64,000 nt of DNA from an uncultured Gammaproteobacteria bacterium (GCA_964566225.1 CAZMHV010000002.1:231489-295488), one strand, 5' to 3'. Positions 36,970 through 48,050 are shown, numbered from the stretch's first letter. Notes: generated from the letters alone by a model not told the origin. Numbers and translations are program-made.

Positions 36970-36998
36970 TTTATTTTGAATTACTTTTTATAAATTAT

Positions 36999-37691
36999 AT
37001 GAAAAAGAAACATGTTTTTGGGTGGGTTGGAGGAGTTATCGTCTTTCTGGTGGTTACTGCGGCTGCTGGGTATTTTCTTTTTCCAGCGCGAGTAGAAAAT
37101 TTTGAAGTAGAAAAAAAATTACAAGGAAATGCAGAACAACTTGGAATCTATCACCAGATTCAAGAATACGAACAAAAAATTAAAAATAAACCTGAAGACG
37201 AAGTTCCACTCTTGGTAAATATTGGTTTTGACTGGAAAAGTTTGGGTGACTTGACCAAAGACAACTTTTTTTATGCGAAAGCGCTCGAAGCATACCAAAA
37301 AGGTATTGATAAGTCAGAAGGCAAAAATGTTGCATTTTACTGGAACGCAGGGAAAGTTGCCGAGCTGATGGGAAATTTTACCTTGGCAGAAAATTATTAT
37401 AAACAAGCAATACAAATTGCTCCATCATATGGTGAAACCTACAATTACTTGGCAGATTTGTATATTCACAGACTGAACAAGTCACAAGATGAAATATTGG
37501 CAGTCTATACCGAGGGTCTCAAAGGAACTGGTGGAGATGCCAATGTATACCTCTCTCAATGTAGTTACCTTAGAAGTGTGAACCGTACCAAAGATGCCTT
37601 GGACTGTTATAAAATTTTGTTGAGTGGATATCCCAAAAATGAAGGGTTCGCTCAAATAGTGAAAGAACTTACTGCTGCACTAAAAAAATAA
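36999..37691 (+). CDS. Membrane-anchored TPR protein
   Basis: N-terminal TM; AENYYKQAIQIAPSYGETYNYLADLY. Confidence 0.8.
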   Translation: MKKKHVFGWVGGVIVFLVVTAAAGYFLFPARVENFEVEKKLQGNAEQLGIYHQIQEYEQKIKNKPEDEVPLLVNIGFDWKSLGDLTKDNFFYAKALEAYQKGIDKSEGKNVAFYWNAGKVAELMGNFTLAENYYKQAIQIAPSYGETYNYLADLYIHRLNKSQDEILAVYTEGLKGTGGDANVYLSQCSYLRSVNRTKDALDCYKILLSGYPKNEGFAQIVKELTAALKK

Positions 37692-37696
37692 TTTGT

Positions 37697-39745
37697 ATGA
37701 AATCTTTTTTTGAAAAAACAATTCGTTTTCTCATTCCACTCACTTTTGTGGTTCCATTCTTTTTTGGACCATTTGTGTGGAAATCATTTATTTTTCCATT
37801 CATTGTCCCCAAAATAGTTTTGTTTCGAAGTTTGACAATGCTCATGGTAGCGGCCTATGTTTGTTTGCTCGGTATTAACTACCAAAAATATAAGTTGAAA
37901 TTTACTCCTCTGACACTGGCATTGCTCGGATTTTATCTAAGTTTTGCGCTTTCGACGTTTGTAGGGGTAGACTGGTACAAAAGTTTTTGGGACAACCATG
38001 AGCGAATGCTTGGTTTGTTTACGATGACCCACTATGTAGTATATTATATTGTGGTTACAAGCATTGGCTTGACCAAAGAAGAATGGAAAACAAATTTTCG
38101 TTGGATTCTATGGCTTGGAAGTATTGTCATGATCTTGGGCATCGTTCAAAAATTCAGTCCAGACTTCATGCTCAACCAAGGCAATACACGTGTCTCATCA
38201 ACACTCGGAAATCCAATTTATTTTGCAGGATACGGACTTTTTTTGGGTTGTTTGGGTTTGTATTTATATGTTTGTGAAAAAGACCGTACACTTAAAATCA
38301 CCTCACTTTTGTTGGGTTTTCTTGGACTTTCCGCTACTTTTTTGAGTGGGACTCGGGGAACACTGCTTGGAATTGCGGTGGGGGTTGCTGTATCACTGCT
38401 GTTGATTGCCTTTCATCGATCTCTGGCTCAAAAAACAAAATATGTTGTTTTGAGTGTGTTTCTCGGTGCGGTCATTGTGGTGAGTTGTTTGTTTTTGCTT
38501 CGTCACAACACCATCGTAAATCAGATTCCTGCTTTGGGAAAATTATTGAACTCTGCGAGTGAAATTCACGAAAAAAGTCCACGTCTCATGTCATGGGGAA
38601 TTGCGATTGAATCGTGGAAAGAAAAACCAATCTTTGGTTGGGGGCCAAACAATTATTACTATGCATTTAATAAGTACTATCGACCGGAATATCTCAACTT
38701 TGGTTGGGGTGAAACATGGTTTGATAACGCTCATAATGTTGTATTAAATACTCTTGCGGTACAGGGACTTTTGGGGTTGGTGAGTTATTTATCACTTTTT
38801 GCTGTGGGAGTTGTTTACTTGATTAAAAAAGAAAAAGAAGGCACCGTGGATATAAGAGTAATGATATTTGGTGTTGGATTTTTGGTAGCGCATTTTGTCC
38901 ATAATGTTTTTGTGTTTGAAGATCCAACATCACTCTTGTATTTTTATTTCTTTTTAGCCTACATCAATGTTCAACTCTTTGAAACGGTTGCTGAAAAAAA
39001 TAAAGTAAGTGATACAAAATTTTCTGTTTACAAGGCTTCTGCTGTATTTTTTATAATCTTTTTGTTCATTCACCGAACGAATATTGACGTGGCTAAAGCC
39101 AATGTACGAAGTTTTGAGGCGATTCAATCTGTATACACTGGTGTTGATACTTTGAATAAATATAATATTGCAGTGAATACTCCTACTCCACATATTGACG
39201 ATGTGCGTGCCGATATAGCAAGGGCGGTGTATGCGGCACTACCAAACTATGCGCAGGCCAACCGTTTGGAAGGATTTCGACCAATATTTAATGCTTCGTA
39301 TGAGGATTTGAAAAAAGATCATGCTTTGCATCCACTCGATATTCGTATTCATTTGCAAGAGGCGCAGCTCGCACAGGCAGGTGCACAGTATTACCAACGA
39401 CCTGAATTGTATCAAGAAGCTGAAGTTGTGCTCGACGAGGCTCTCACTCACTCACCTAAACGTCAGCAGGTGCAGTACACTTTGGCGATGCTTTCATTTC
39501 AATTACAAAAACCACAAAAAGCCGAAGCATTGCTCGTGGATGCTATCAAAAATACACCAAAATTTGCAGAAGGATGGTGGAGACTGGCCTATGTGTATAT
39601 TTATAGTGGTAGACCTGATCAAGCACAAAAGATTATGCAGCAGGCGCAGCAGTCAGGAGTGGTGTTTGAACCATCACGACTTCAAAATATTGAGACGCTT
39701 ATTCGTCAAGCAACAGTGAGTAGTACAGCTCCAAAGTCGAAGTAA
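37697..39745 (+). CDS. Second O-antigen-ligase-family oligosaccharyltransferase with TPRs
   Basis: STLGNPIYFA, SGTRG, RLMSW..A..SWKEKPIFGWGP, DNAHNVVL. Confidence 0.85.
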   Translation: MKSFFEKTIRFLIPLTFVVPFFFGPFVWKSFIFPFIVPKIVLFRSLTMLMVAAYVCLLGINYQKYKLKFTPLTLALLGFYLSFALSTFVGVDWYKSFWDNHERMLGLFTMTHYVVYYIVVTSIGLTKEEWKTNFRWILWLGSIVMILGIVQKFSPDFMLNQGNTRVSSTLGNPIYFAGYGLFLGCLGLYLYVCEKDRTLKITSLLLGFLGLSATFLSGTRGTLLGIAVGVAVSLLLIAFHRSLAQKTKYVVLSVFLGAVIVVSCLFLLRHNTIVNQIPALGKLLNSASEIHEKSPRLMSWGIAIESWKEKPIFGWGPNNYYYAFNKYYRPEYLNFGWGETWFDNAHNVVLNTLAVQGLLGLVSYLSLFAVGVVYLIKKEKEGTVDIRVMIFGVGFLVAHFVHNVFVFEDPTSLLYFYFFLAYINVQLFETVAEKNKVSDTKFSVYKASAVFFIIFLFIHRTNIDVAKANVRSFEAIQSVYTGVDTLNKYNIAVNTPTPHIDDVRADIARAVYAALPNYAQANRLEGFRPIFNASYEDLKKDHALHPLDIRIHLQEAQLAQAGAQYYQRPELYQEAEVVLDEALTHSPKRQQVQYTLAMLSFQLQKPQKAEALLVDAIKNTPKFAEGWWRLAYVYIYSGRPDQAQKIMQQAQQSGVVFEPSRLQNIETLIRQATVSSTAPKSK

Positions 39746-40976
39746 TCATGCTTTGGAGTGAGTATTGGTTTGCTGTATCTGACGATGCCGGGAGTTGAGG
39801 CGATGAGAGTCTGTTTTGGATAGCCTCGGTGAGGGCTTTGGTATCACCTGGGGGAACTATCTGGGCAGTTGGTACATGTTTGAGTAATGATGGGACACCA
39901 CCTACTGCTGTGGCAACCACAGGAATATGAAAACACAGTGTTTCGAGAAGGGCATAAGGAAGCCCTTCTTTTTTTGAAGGCAAAACAAAAAGATCAAAGG
40001 CGGGCAAGAGTCTCGCGGCCTCTTCAATGTGACCAGTGAGGGTGATGGTGTCTTTGAGTTGATGTTTTTCAATGAGGCTTTCCAAGTAGATTCGTTCTGG
40101 TCCTTCACCTATAATAAAATAGTGAGTAGAGTCTTGCAATTTTTTTTCTTGTGCTATGGCATCAATGAGTGTATCGAGTCCTTTGGTTTTGTAGAGTCCG
40201 GCAATGGTTCCAATCCATTTTTGTGCAGTTATGTTTTGTGTTGTAGATTGAATGAGGTATTCACGAGCCTGAGTCTGTGAGAGTTTTGTTTTTGGAACTT
40301 GTATTCCAAGTGGGATTGTCTGTATTTTGGTTATTGGAATATGGAGAAATTTTTTACCAATTTCGGTTTCTTCGGGTGAAAGTGTTATAAACACGTTTTT
40401 GAAAGGTTGAGTAATTTTTTCAAGCCACAAAAATAATTTTTTGATAGGCAGAGAAAGTGGTTCCAAAAAAATCCAACCATGTACTGTATACACAAGGGGA
40501 ATGTGTGGGGAAAAAAGTTTGGCGAGTGAACCAAGAATACTGGCCTTGGTACTATTGAGATGAATGACATCAGGGTTTACTTGCCTGTAGAGACTCTGGA
40601 GTTCAAAAAGACCAAGCAGATCATGCCATGGAGAAATTGCTCGTTGGAGGTGTTTGAGTTGTACGAAGCGGAGACTTCCAGGTGTTTGGGCAGTGGTGAG
40701 GATTTGAAGTTTTTTTTGTAAGTCAGTGGCCCCCTTTGGTTCACCAATGGCAACCGTGACATGGTGTTTTTGAGAGAGTTCTGTGGTCAAATCAAGGACA
40801 TATCGCTGAGAACCACCCCAGACTCCCTGGGTAATGATGAGAAGAATATTGAGTGGTTCGCGGTCTGAAATAGTGTTTTTGGCCTTGGGAGAATTCACTG
40901 GTAAAACAATATTTTTCGCTCTATAAAGCGAATTTTCTTGTTTTGGTAGTTGGTTGGGGATAGCTTGACTTTTCAT
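39699..40976 (-). CDS. GT4 glycosyltransferase (start uncertain, possibly GTG at 40898)
   Basis: GGSQRYV, YTVHGW, FVLPSKKEGLPYALLE, VATAVGGV. Confidence 0.85.
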   Translation of the reverse strand: MKSQAIPNQLPKQENSLYRAKNIVLPVNSPKAKNTISDREPLNILLIITQGVWGGSQRYVLDLTTELSQKHHVTVAIGEPKGATDLQKKLQILTTAQTPGSLRFVQLKHLQRAISPWHDLLGLFELQSLYRQVNPDVIHLNSTKASILGSLAKLFSPHIPLVYTVHGWIFLEPLSLPIKKLFLWLEKITQPFKNVFITLSPEETEIGKKFLHIPITKIQTIPLGIQVPKTKLSQTQAREYLIQSTTQNITAQKWIGTIAGLYKTKGLDTLIDAIAQEKKLQDSTHYFIIGEGPERIYLESLIEKHQLKDTITLTGHIEEAARLLPAFDLFVLPSKKEGLPYALLETLCFHIPVVATAVGGVPSLLKHVPTAQIVPPGDTKALTEAIQNRLSSPQLPASSDTANQYSLQSMITSTLELYYSLLLDE

Positions 40977-41028
40977 ATGATTTATAGCATAATACATTTT
41001 GACAAAAGATGCAATATTTCTCTTATTT

Positions 41029-42585
41029 ATGCGAATTTTAGTTACTGGTGGCGCCGGGTTTGTCGGCTCACATTTAGTCGATGCTTTACTCAGTCTTGGT
41101 CATGATGTTATCTGCCTGGACAGCTTTTTTAGTGGACGACGAGAAAACGTAGCACATCATTTTGATAATCCTCGATTTCACTTATTTCAGCATGATGTCC
41201 GTTTGCCTATGCCCTGGGGGAGTGAAAAACTTGACCGTATTTATCACCTGGCCTGTCCTGCTTCTCCAGATCAATACCAATTTGATCCGATTTTAACTTT
41301 GGAGACATCAGTCAAAGGAACACAAAATATGTTGGAGTTGGCACGTCGCACCGGTGCACGGATGCTGTTTACTTCCACTTCAGAAATGTATGGTGATCCA
41401 CTGGAACATCCCCAAAAAGAAACGTATTGGGGCAATGTTGACCCGCTTGGAAAGCGTGCTTGTTATGACGAAGGAAAACGTGCCGCTGAAACTTTGTGTA
41501 AAGATTATCATGAACAGTATGGTGTAGATATTCGTATTGTTCGTATTTTCAATACCTATGGTCCACGAATGATGTTTAATGATGGACGAGTTCTTTCAAA
41601 TTTTATTATTCAGGCTCTGCTTGGTGAAGAAATGACTGTGTATGGAGATGGAAAACAGACCCGGAGTTTCATGTATGTGAGTGATTTGGTTGCTGGTTTG
41701 GTAAAAAGAATGGAAGTTGAAAGTGATGATTGGATGCCTGTCAACTTGGGAAATCCAGATGAACGATCAATGATTGACTTGGCATTGCTGGTAAAAGAAC
41801 GTGTTGCTTCGTCAAGTGAGATTGTCCACCTCAGTGAAAAAGAAGTTCCAAATCGAATCGGTGATCCACGACAACGTCAGGCAGATATTTCACGTGCACG
41901 TGAGTTGCTCAAGTGGGAGCCGTTGGTAGGGTTTGATGAAGGACTCACCAAAACAATTAAAGATTTTCAATTTCGTTTGGAACATAAACCACGAGTATTA
42001 GTTTTTGTGCCGACATTTTCATCTGTTGAAGGTCCTGCCGAACAAGCTTTGCGGGAAATAATGGATCGAATGAAAGGTTATGAATTTGATGTGGTGTCTG
42101 CACGAATGGATGCTACACTTCCGGTGGAGTCTGTTATGGGACGAGTACGGGTGTATCGTTTGGGCAGTGGGAGTAAACTGGATAAATACCTCTTGCCAAT
42201 TCGTGGTGCTTGGTTTGCTCGAAAACTTCACAAAAAAAATCAGTATCGAATTGTGTGGGCGGTCATGGCCAGTTATGGAGCTTTGGCTGCAGCCATATTT
42301 TCTCGTTTGTTGAAGCGTCCAGTTCCATTTCTTTTGAGTGTGTACGAAGGTGATATTGATGAAAAAATGCTTTCTCGTGGACGATGGCTCTCTCCACTGT
42401 ACCAGTTTATTTTTCGACGTGCGCATCGTTGGCAGGTGGTTGGTCGTATGAGTGAACAGCAACGAGCTTGGCTTGAAGATGAACGTCATGTTCAAGCTGT
42501 CGTATTTGATAAAAATTGGGATTTGCTGACTAAAAAAACCAAAGAAATGTTTGGGCAAATTGAAATTCTTTCTACTCGTTTGTAA
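41029..42585 (+). CDS. UDP-glucuronate decarboxylase (UDP-xylose synthase) fused to a GT4 N-terminal-like domain
   Basis: TGGAGFVGSHL, HLACPASP, STSEMYGDP, ACYDEGKR, RIFNTYGPRM; C-terminal ~200 aa resemble the next gene. Confidence 0.85.
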   Translation: MRILVTGGAGFVGSHLVDALLSLGHDVICLDSFFSGRRENVAHHFDNPRFHLFQHDVRLPMPWGSEKLDRIYHLACPASPDQYQFDPILTLETSVKGTQNMLELARRTGARMLFTSTSEMYGDPLEHPQKETYWGNVDPLGKRACYDEGKRAAETLCKDYHEQYGVDIRIVRIFNTYGPRMMFNDGRVLSNFIIQALLGEEMTVYGDGKQTRSFMYVSDLVAGLVKRMEVESDDWMPVNLGNPDERSMIDLALLVKERVASSSEIVHLSEKEVPNRIGDPRQRQADISRARELLKWEPLVGFDEGLTKTIKDFQFRLEHKPRVLVFVPTFSSVEGPAEQALREIMDRMKGYEFDVVSARMDATLPVESVMGRVRVYRLGSGSKLDKYLLPIRGAWFARKLHKKNQYRIVWAVMASYGALAAAIFSRLLKRPVPFLLSVYEGDIDEKMLSRGRWLSPLYQFIFRRAHRWQVVGRMSEQQRAWLEDERHVQAVVFDKNWDLLTKKTKEMFGQIEILSTRL

Positions 42586-42588
42586 GGT

Positions 42589-43734
42589 ATGAAGAAAAAA
42601 ATTCTTATTTTTTCAACAGCATACTTTCCATTGGTGGGAGGTGCTGAAGTTGCGCTGAAAGAAATTATTCAGGGTTTGCCTGAATATGATTTTGATATTG
42701 TCACGGCACGAATGAAAAAAAATTTATCACGAGTTGAAACAATGGAAACGGGTACGGTATATCGAATGGGAATCGGTGTTCCTTGGTTTGATAAACTTTT
42801 GCTTGCGGTTTGTGGTGGTATGTATGGACAAAGACTTCATACAAAAAATTCGTATGCGGCTGTGTGGAGCATGATGGCGAGTTATGGTGGATTTGCAGCG
42901 TTGTCTCTGAAAAAGAAAACACACCTTCCTTTTTTGCTCACTTTGCAAGAAGGTGATCCGATTGAATATATCTTGCACAAGGTTCGCTTGGTACGTCATC
43001 GATTTAATCAAATCTTTACTCATGCGGATGGTCTCCAAGCTATTAGTACGTATTTGATGAAGTGGGGAGAAAACATGGGCTTTCAAGGCCCAGTGAAAGA
43101 AATTGTGCCAAATGGAGTTGATGTCTCTCGTTTTACGAAAAAATTTTCAAATGAAGAAATTTTGACAGTGCGAAAAAATTTTGGCTTTCGAGAAGATGCG
43201 GTGGTACTGGTTACCGCGTCACGTCTCGTTACCAAAAATGGTGTTGCTGATGTGATTCGTGCACTGACACACTTGCCTCCGCAGATTTGTTTTGTGATTT
43301 GTGGTGTTGGAGAACTTGAGGATTCGTTACATGCATTGGCCAAAGAGTTGCACGTGGATTCACGCGTTGTTTTTTTGGGCAATGTTTCTCACCAAGAACT
43401 TCCCAAGATTTTGCGTGCCTCAGATATTTTTATTCGAGCTTCACTTACTGAGGGGCTGGGCAATTCATTTTTGGAAGCCATGGCTGTAGGACTTCCAACG
43501 ATTGGGACACCGGTTGGTGGAATTCCAGATTTTTTGACTGATGGTGAGACCGGATTTTTTTGTGAACCTCAGAGTCCTGAAAGTATTGCGAAGACTGTGA
43601 CGCGAATTTTGGAGTTAACACCACAAGAAAAAACAATGATCCATGAAAAGGCAATGAAAATTATTTTGGAAAAATATAACTGGCAATATATTTGTGTGCG
43701 CATGCGCTGTATTTTTGATGCACTTACGCAGTAG
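42589..43734 (+). CDS. GT4 glycosyltransferase
   Basis: YFPLVGGAE, VPNGVD, EGLGNSFLEAMAVG, VGGIPD. Confidence 0.9.
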   Translation: MKKKILIFSTAYFPLVGGAEVALKEIIQGLPEYDFDIVTARMKKNLSRVETMETGTVYRMGIGVPWFDKLLLAVCGGMYGQRLHTKNSYAAVWSMMASYGGFAALSLKKKTHLPFLLTLQEGDPIEYILHKVRLVRHRFNQIFTHADGLQAISTYLMKWGENMGFQGPVKEIVPNGVDVSRFTKKFSNEEILTVRKNFGFREDAVVLVTASRLVTKNGVADVIRALTHLPPQICFVICGVGELEDSLHALAKELHVDSRVVFLGNVSHQELPKILRASDIFIRASLTEGLGNSFLEAMAVGLPTIGTPVGGIPDFLTDGETGFFCEPQSPESIAKTVTRILELTPQEKTMIHEKAMKIILEKYNWQYICVRMRCIFDALTQ

Positions 43735-43748
43735 TTATTTTGAAATGT

Positions 43749-45878
43749 ATGAAATTACTTTTGGCCTCGGATATTTTTCCACCTGATGCAGGTGGCCCTG
43801 CTACCTATGTAGTAGCTTTGGCCAATGATTTGGTGAAACAAGGTGACCAAGTAACCGTGGTCACTTTGAATTCACATCCTGATACAAAGGCAGTGGACTG
43901 CCCCTTATTTTGTGTAACATCCAAAAATAAACTGGTGCGATATGCTCAGTATGTCAAATTGCTCTGGCAACAGAGTAAACAGGCTGATGTTATCTATGCG
44001 ATGGGTCCAGTTAATGCAGGACTTCCTGCCTTGGTGGTAAGTACTCTCAGACGGAAAAAGTTTTTTGTGAAAGTAGTCGGAGACTATGCTTGGGAACAGG
44101 GGACGAGTCGGTATGGTGTGAGTGATATGCTTGATGTATTTCAAAACAAACGGTATGGACTCACCGTAGAATTTTTGCGTGCGACTCAAAAATTTGTTTG
44201 TAAACATGCGGCACGGGTTATTGTGCCTTCACTGTATTTGAAAAAAATTGTTTCTGGCTGGGGAGTGTTGGAGCGCAAAATAGAAACGGTGTATAATGCC
44301 CTTCCCTTTGTGGAAGTACGTGCCGTGCAAAAACCTGCAAACGAAAAGTGGATTGTATCCGTAGCTCGTCTGGTGGCTTGGAAAGGACTCGATACATTGA
44401 TTGATGTTGTTCATGCTATAAGCAAAGATGTCCCTGGAATAAAATTAAAAATTGTTGGTGATGGTCCAGAAATGCAAAAACTTCAATCAAAAATTGTTCA
44501 TTTGGGACTGCAGGATACTGTGGAGTTGGTAGGCAGTGTGTCACACGAAAAAGCCTTGTCATATATTGCTGCGTCAGATGTATTTGTATTGAATAGTGGT
44601 TACGAAGGATTGTCACACGTGTTACTCGAAGCCGTGTACGCGGGAGTGCCTGTTTTGGCGAGTCATGTTGGGGGTAATCCAGAAGTCATCATTGCCTCAG
44701 AACGTGGAGAATTGTTTCAATATAACAATACCGAAGAAATTCGTGAAAAAATACTTCGTGTGCTTCGAGGTCAGGCTCCACTGCACCCTTGGACTGAAAC
44801 ACAAAAATCTGAGTTTTTGGAAATGTTTTCACCTGAGATTATGATAGGTCGGACGAAGCGAATCCTCAGTATTGCTCGGGTGCTTATGATGAGTCTTGAT
44901 CCACATTTGTTTGATGAAAATTCCAGTGTGGCTACAAGAATTTTGGCTACACAAATAAATGCTGAACTTTTTGTGCTTGTGCCAGGAGAACAAGATGAAT
45001 TTTTGCGTCCACATCCACGTATGTTTTTGTTTAAACGTGGCAAAAGTAAAATACGACAGTTTTTTGCTTTGCTTGCTTTGGGGCGAAAACTCAATGCGCA
45101 AGAACAGTTTGCTTTTATCACAGCACAAGATCCTTTCTTTACTGGATTGCTCGGAGTATTGATCAAAAAAAGAAAGCAGCAATTGGTGGTGCAGCTCCAT
45201 GGTGATTTTATGGGAACTGAGTATTACAAAAAAAGTGGACTGGGAAATTTGATTCGTTATTATCTCAGTTTTTTTGTGCTGTGGAGAGCCTCGACCATTC
45301 GTGCGGTGGGTGAGCGGGTGCGACTGAGTTTATTGAAGCGTGGTATTCGAGAGACAAAAATACATATTCAACCAGTAAAAGTAGAAACAGAAAAAATAGG
45401 AGAGTATGTACCTCAGTTTGATGTGCACCGCAAATATATGGGACGTGAAAAAATATTTTTATTTTTGGGGCGTCTTGATGCGGTCAAAAATTTATCTTGG
45501 CTCATTGATGTCTTTGCAGATGTGGTAAAGCTGCATCCAGAGTACTTGTTGTTAATAGTTGGAAGTGGTACTGAATTAGCCGTGCTCAAAGAAAAAGTTA
45601 GTAGATTGCATTTGGAGCATTCGATTATTTTTGAACAGTGGACCAGTGATCCTTTGAGTTTTTTGAAAACCGTAGATGGATTGCTTTTTCCAAGTTTATC
45701 AGAAGGCTATGGTATGGTGGTGATGGAAGCAGTGGCAGCAGGGTGTCCTGTGATTATGAATGATGTGGGTGTGGCTGGGTATGAAGTGCAGCAAAGTGAA
45801 AGTGTCAAAATTATTCCAGTGGAAAAGCGAGATGAATGGGTGAAAGCGATTTGTGAACTTGGTGAAAAAGTAAAATAA
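43749..45878 (+). CDS. Tandem double GT4 glycosyltransferase
   Basis: Two EX7E motifs (YEGLSHVLLE; SEGYGMVVME). Confidence 0.85.
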   Translation: MKLLLASDIFPPDAGGPATYVVALANDLVKQGDQVTVVTLNSHPDTKAVDCPLFCVTSKNKLVRYAQYVKLLWQQSKQADVIYAMGPVNAGLPALVVSTLRRKKFFVKVVGDYAWEQGTSRYGVSDMLDVFQNKRYGLTVEFLRATQKFVCKHAARVIVPSLYLKKIVSGWGVLERKIETVYNALPFVEVRAVQKPANEKWIVSVARLVAWKGLDTLIDVVHAISKDVPGIKLKIVGDGPEMQKLQSKIVHLGLQDTVELVGSVSHEKALSYIAASDVFVLNSGYEGLSHVLLEAVYAGVPVLASHVGGNPEVIIASERGELFQYNNTEEIREKILRVLRGQAPLHPWTETQKSEFLEMFSPEIMIGRTKRILSIARVLMMSLDPHLFDENSSVATRILATQINAELFVLVPGEQDEFLRPHPRMFLFKRGKSKIRQFFALLALGRKLNAQEQFAFITAQDPFFTGLLGVLIKKRKQQLVVQLHGDFMGTEYYKKSGLGNLIRYYLSFFVLWRASTIRAVGERVRLSLLKRGIRETKIHIQPVKVETEKIGEYVPQFDVHRKYMGREKIFLFLGRLDAVKNLSWLIDVFADVVKLHPEYLLLIVGSGTELAVLKEKVSRLHLEHSIIFEQWTSDPLSFLKTVDGLLFPSLSEGYGMVVMEAVAAGCPVIMNDVGVAGYEVQQSESVKIIPVEKRDEWVKAICELGEKVK

Positions 45879-45911
45879 AATTTTTGTATACTCATGTATA
45901 AGTGTCTCTGT

Positions 45912-46934
45912 ATGTCAAAAGGATGTCGTATTTTGTTTATCACCCAAAAAATTCATGAAAAAGATGACGATCTTGCTTTTGTGACTCTGTGGCTCAACGA
46001 ATTTGTTCGTCAGGGTATGGAGGTACAGGTAATTTGTCTTGAAAAACAAGAGTATACTGGCAATATTCCGGTGTATTCACTTGGTAAAGAAAAAGGCAAA
46101 GGAAAGTTGGTACGCACACTTCGATTTTTGAAACTCATCATGACACTGCGCTACAACCGCGTGTTTGTCCACATGAATCCAGAGTACTTTACGGTTGGTG
46201 GATGGTATTGGTTTTTGACTCGTAGGCCAATGTATTTGTGGTATACCCACTATACCATGCATATACATATGCGCATTGCTGGTTGGCTCAGCACACGAAT
46301 GTTTGCTGCCACCAAACAAAGTTTGCCTCAGTACGAAGGCAGTCCCAAAAAAGTAATTACAGGTCATGGAATTGATGTAAATTTTTGGCTCTCGCAAGCA
46401 TCTCCTGCAAAAAATATGCAGATGGAAAATCGTCTGGTTTCGATTCATCGTATTTGTCGATCCAAACGTTTGGATCGTGCGATTTTGGCTTTGAAATTTT
46501 TACCAGAAAACTATTCGCTCGATGTGTACGGACGTGATGTTGAAAAAGATTACTATGCTGAACTTTTGGAATTGGTCAAAAAAGAAAAACTTGAGTCTCG
46601 TGTTACCTTCAAAGGACCTGTGCCCATGGCTGAACTCAAAGGTATTTATCCACAGTATCGTCTCATGGTAAATATGGCGTCAGAAACTATTGATAAAACC
46701 ATGCTCGAGGCTATGCTGTTTGGCGTATTTCCTGTGACTACACGAGGGAACTCTGAGGCGATTGGGCTCCCGGTCTCTCCAGAAAATGACGAGCCTCAGA
46801 CCCTTGCTAAATTTATTTTCAAAGGCTCTTGGAAAGAGTATAATAAAACAAGTTTACAAAATATTGTGAAAGAAAAGCATAGTTTGCAGAGTCTAATTGG
46901 TAAAATGGCAGAATATATCAAGAAAGGGGAGTAA
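45912..46934 (+). CDS. GT4-like glycosyltransferase
   Basis: TGHGID, RICRSKRLD, ETIDKTMLEAM. Confidence 0.75.
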   Translation: MSKGCRILFITQKIHEKDDDLAFVTLWLNEFVRQGMEVQVICLEKQEYTGNIPVYSLGKEKGKGKLVRTLRFLKLIMTLRYNRVFVHMNPEYFTVGGWYWFLTRRPMYLWYTHYTMHIHMRIAGWLSTRMFAATKQSLPQYEGSPKKVITGHGIDVNFWLSQASPAKNMQMENRLVSIHRICRSKRLDRAILALKFLPENYSLDVYGRDVEKDYYAELLELVKKEKLESRVTFKGPVPMAELKGIYPQYRLMVNMASETIDKTMLEAMLFGVFPVTTRGNSEAIGLPVSPENDEPQTLAKFIFKGSWKEYNKTSLQNIVKEKHSLQSLIGKMAEYIKKGE

Positions 46935-46940
46935 TGTAAT

Positions 46941-47993
46941 ATGAAAAAAATTGCTATCATTGCAGGTGCTCGGCCAAATTTTATGAAAATTGTGCCACTC
47001 GTATTTGCGTTACAACGGGAATCTCTTCCTTATTTTGTAGTAAATACTGGTCAACATTTTGACCAAAATATGGCCAAAGTTTTCTTTGATGAGTTTGGCG
47101 TACAGCCAGATTTTTCTCTCCAGCCTTCTACAACTTCTGTCACGAGTCAGTTTACTGATATCATGCTCGGACTTGAAAAAATATTTGTGGACAATGTTCC
47201 TTCGCTCGTGGTTGTTGTGGGGGATGTTAATTCAACTCTTGCTGCGGCCCTCGTCGCGAACAAAATGAATATACCCGTTGCCCATGTGGAGGCAGGTCTT
47301 CGCTCACACAACAAAAAAATGCCAGAAGAAACGAATCGTATTTTGACAGATCATATTTCTGACGTATTATTTGTGACCATGGAAGAAGGCACGGAAAATT
47401 TGAAAAAAGAAAATGTCACGGGTGAAATTTTTGAAGTGGGAAATATTATGATTGATACGCTCGCACACAACGTGAGTGATATCAGACACACAGACGAAAA
47501 ATTTTATTTTTGTACATTGCACCGAGCCGAAAATGTCGATGATAAAAAAATATTTGGTGAGATTCTCGATGCTCTTGAGAGTATTGGTAAAGATGCTCTC
47601 GTGTATTTGCCACTGCACCCACGAACCAAAAAACAAGCCGAGCAGTTTGGCTTCATGCCGAGAATAGAAAAAATATTTCATTTGCTTCCACCACTCTCAT
47701 ACACAGAATCTTTGTATTATCAAAAAAACGCTGCTTTGGTTTTGACTGACTCTGGTGGAGTTCAAGAAGAAACCAGTTTCCTCGGAACACCTTGTTTAAC
47801 ATTGCGTACGGAGACAGAACGACCCGTTACAGTGACGCAAGGGACAAATACGATTGCGGGGGTAACGACAGAAAGTATTTTGAAAGCATATAAAGTCAAA
47901 AGTTTAGAAAAACAAAATATTCAAATTCCAAATTGGGATGGAAAAACAGGAGAGAGAATTGTAACAATACTCAAAAAATATTTAAATAAATAA
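46941..47993 (+). CDS. wecB: UDP-N-acetylglucosamine 2-epimerase (non-hydrolysing)
   Basis: GARPNFMK, TGQH, VGDVNST, HVEAGLRS, TLHRAEN, TDSGGVQEE. Confidence 0.93.
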   Translation: MKKIAIIAGARPNFMKIVPLVFALQRESLPYFVVNTGQHFDQNMAKVFFDEFGVQPDFSLQPSTTSVTSQFTDIMLGLEKIFVDNVPSLVVVVGDVNSTLAAALVANKMNIPVAHVEAGLRSHNKKMPEETNRILTDHISDVLFVTMEEGTENLKKENVTGEIFEVGNIMIDTLAHNVSDIRHTDEKFYFCTLHRAENVDDKKIFGEILDALESIGKDALVYLPLHPRTKKQAEQFGFMPRIEKIFHLLPPLSYTESLYYQKNAALVLTDSGGVQEETSFLGTPCLTLRTETERPVTVTQGTNTIAGVTTESILKAYKVKSLEKQNIQIPNWDGKTGERIVTILKKYLNK

Positions 47994-48050
47994 AATTTTG
48001 CATTACCGTGTTTTAACTTTTAAAAGATTTTGCAAACACACACAACCTGT

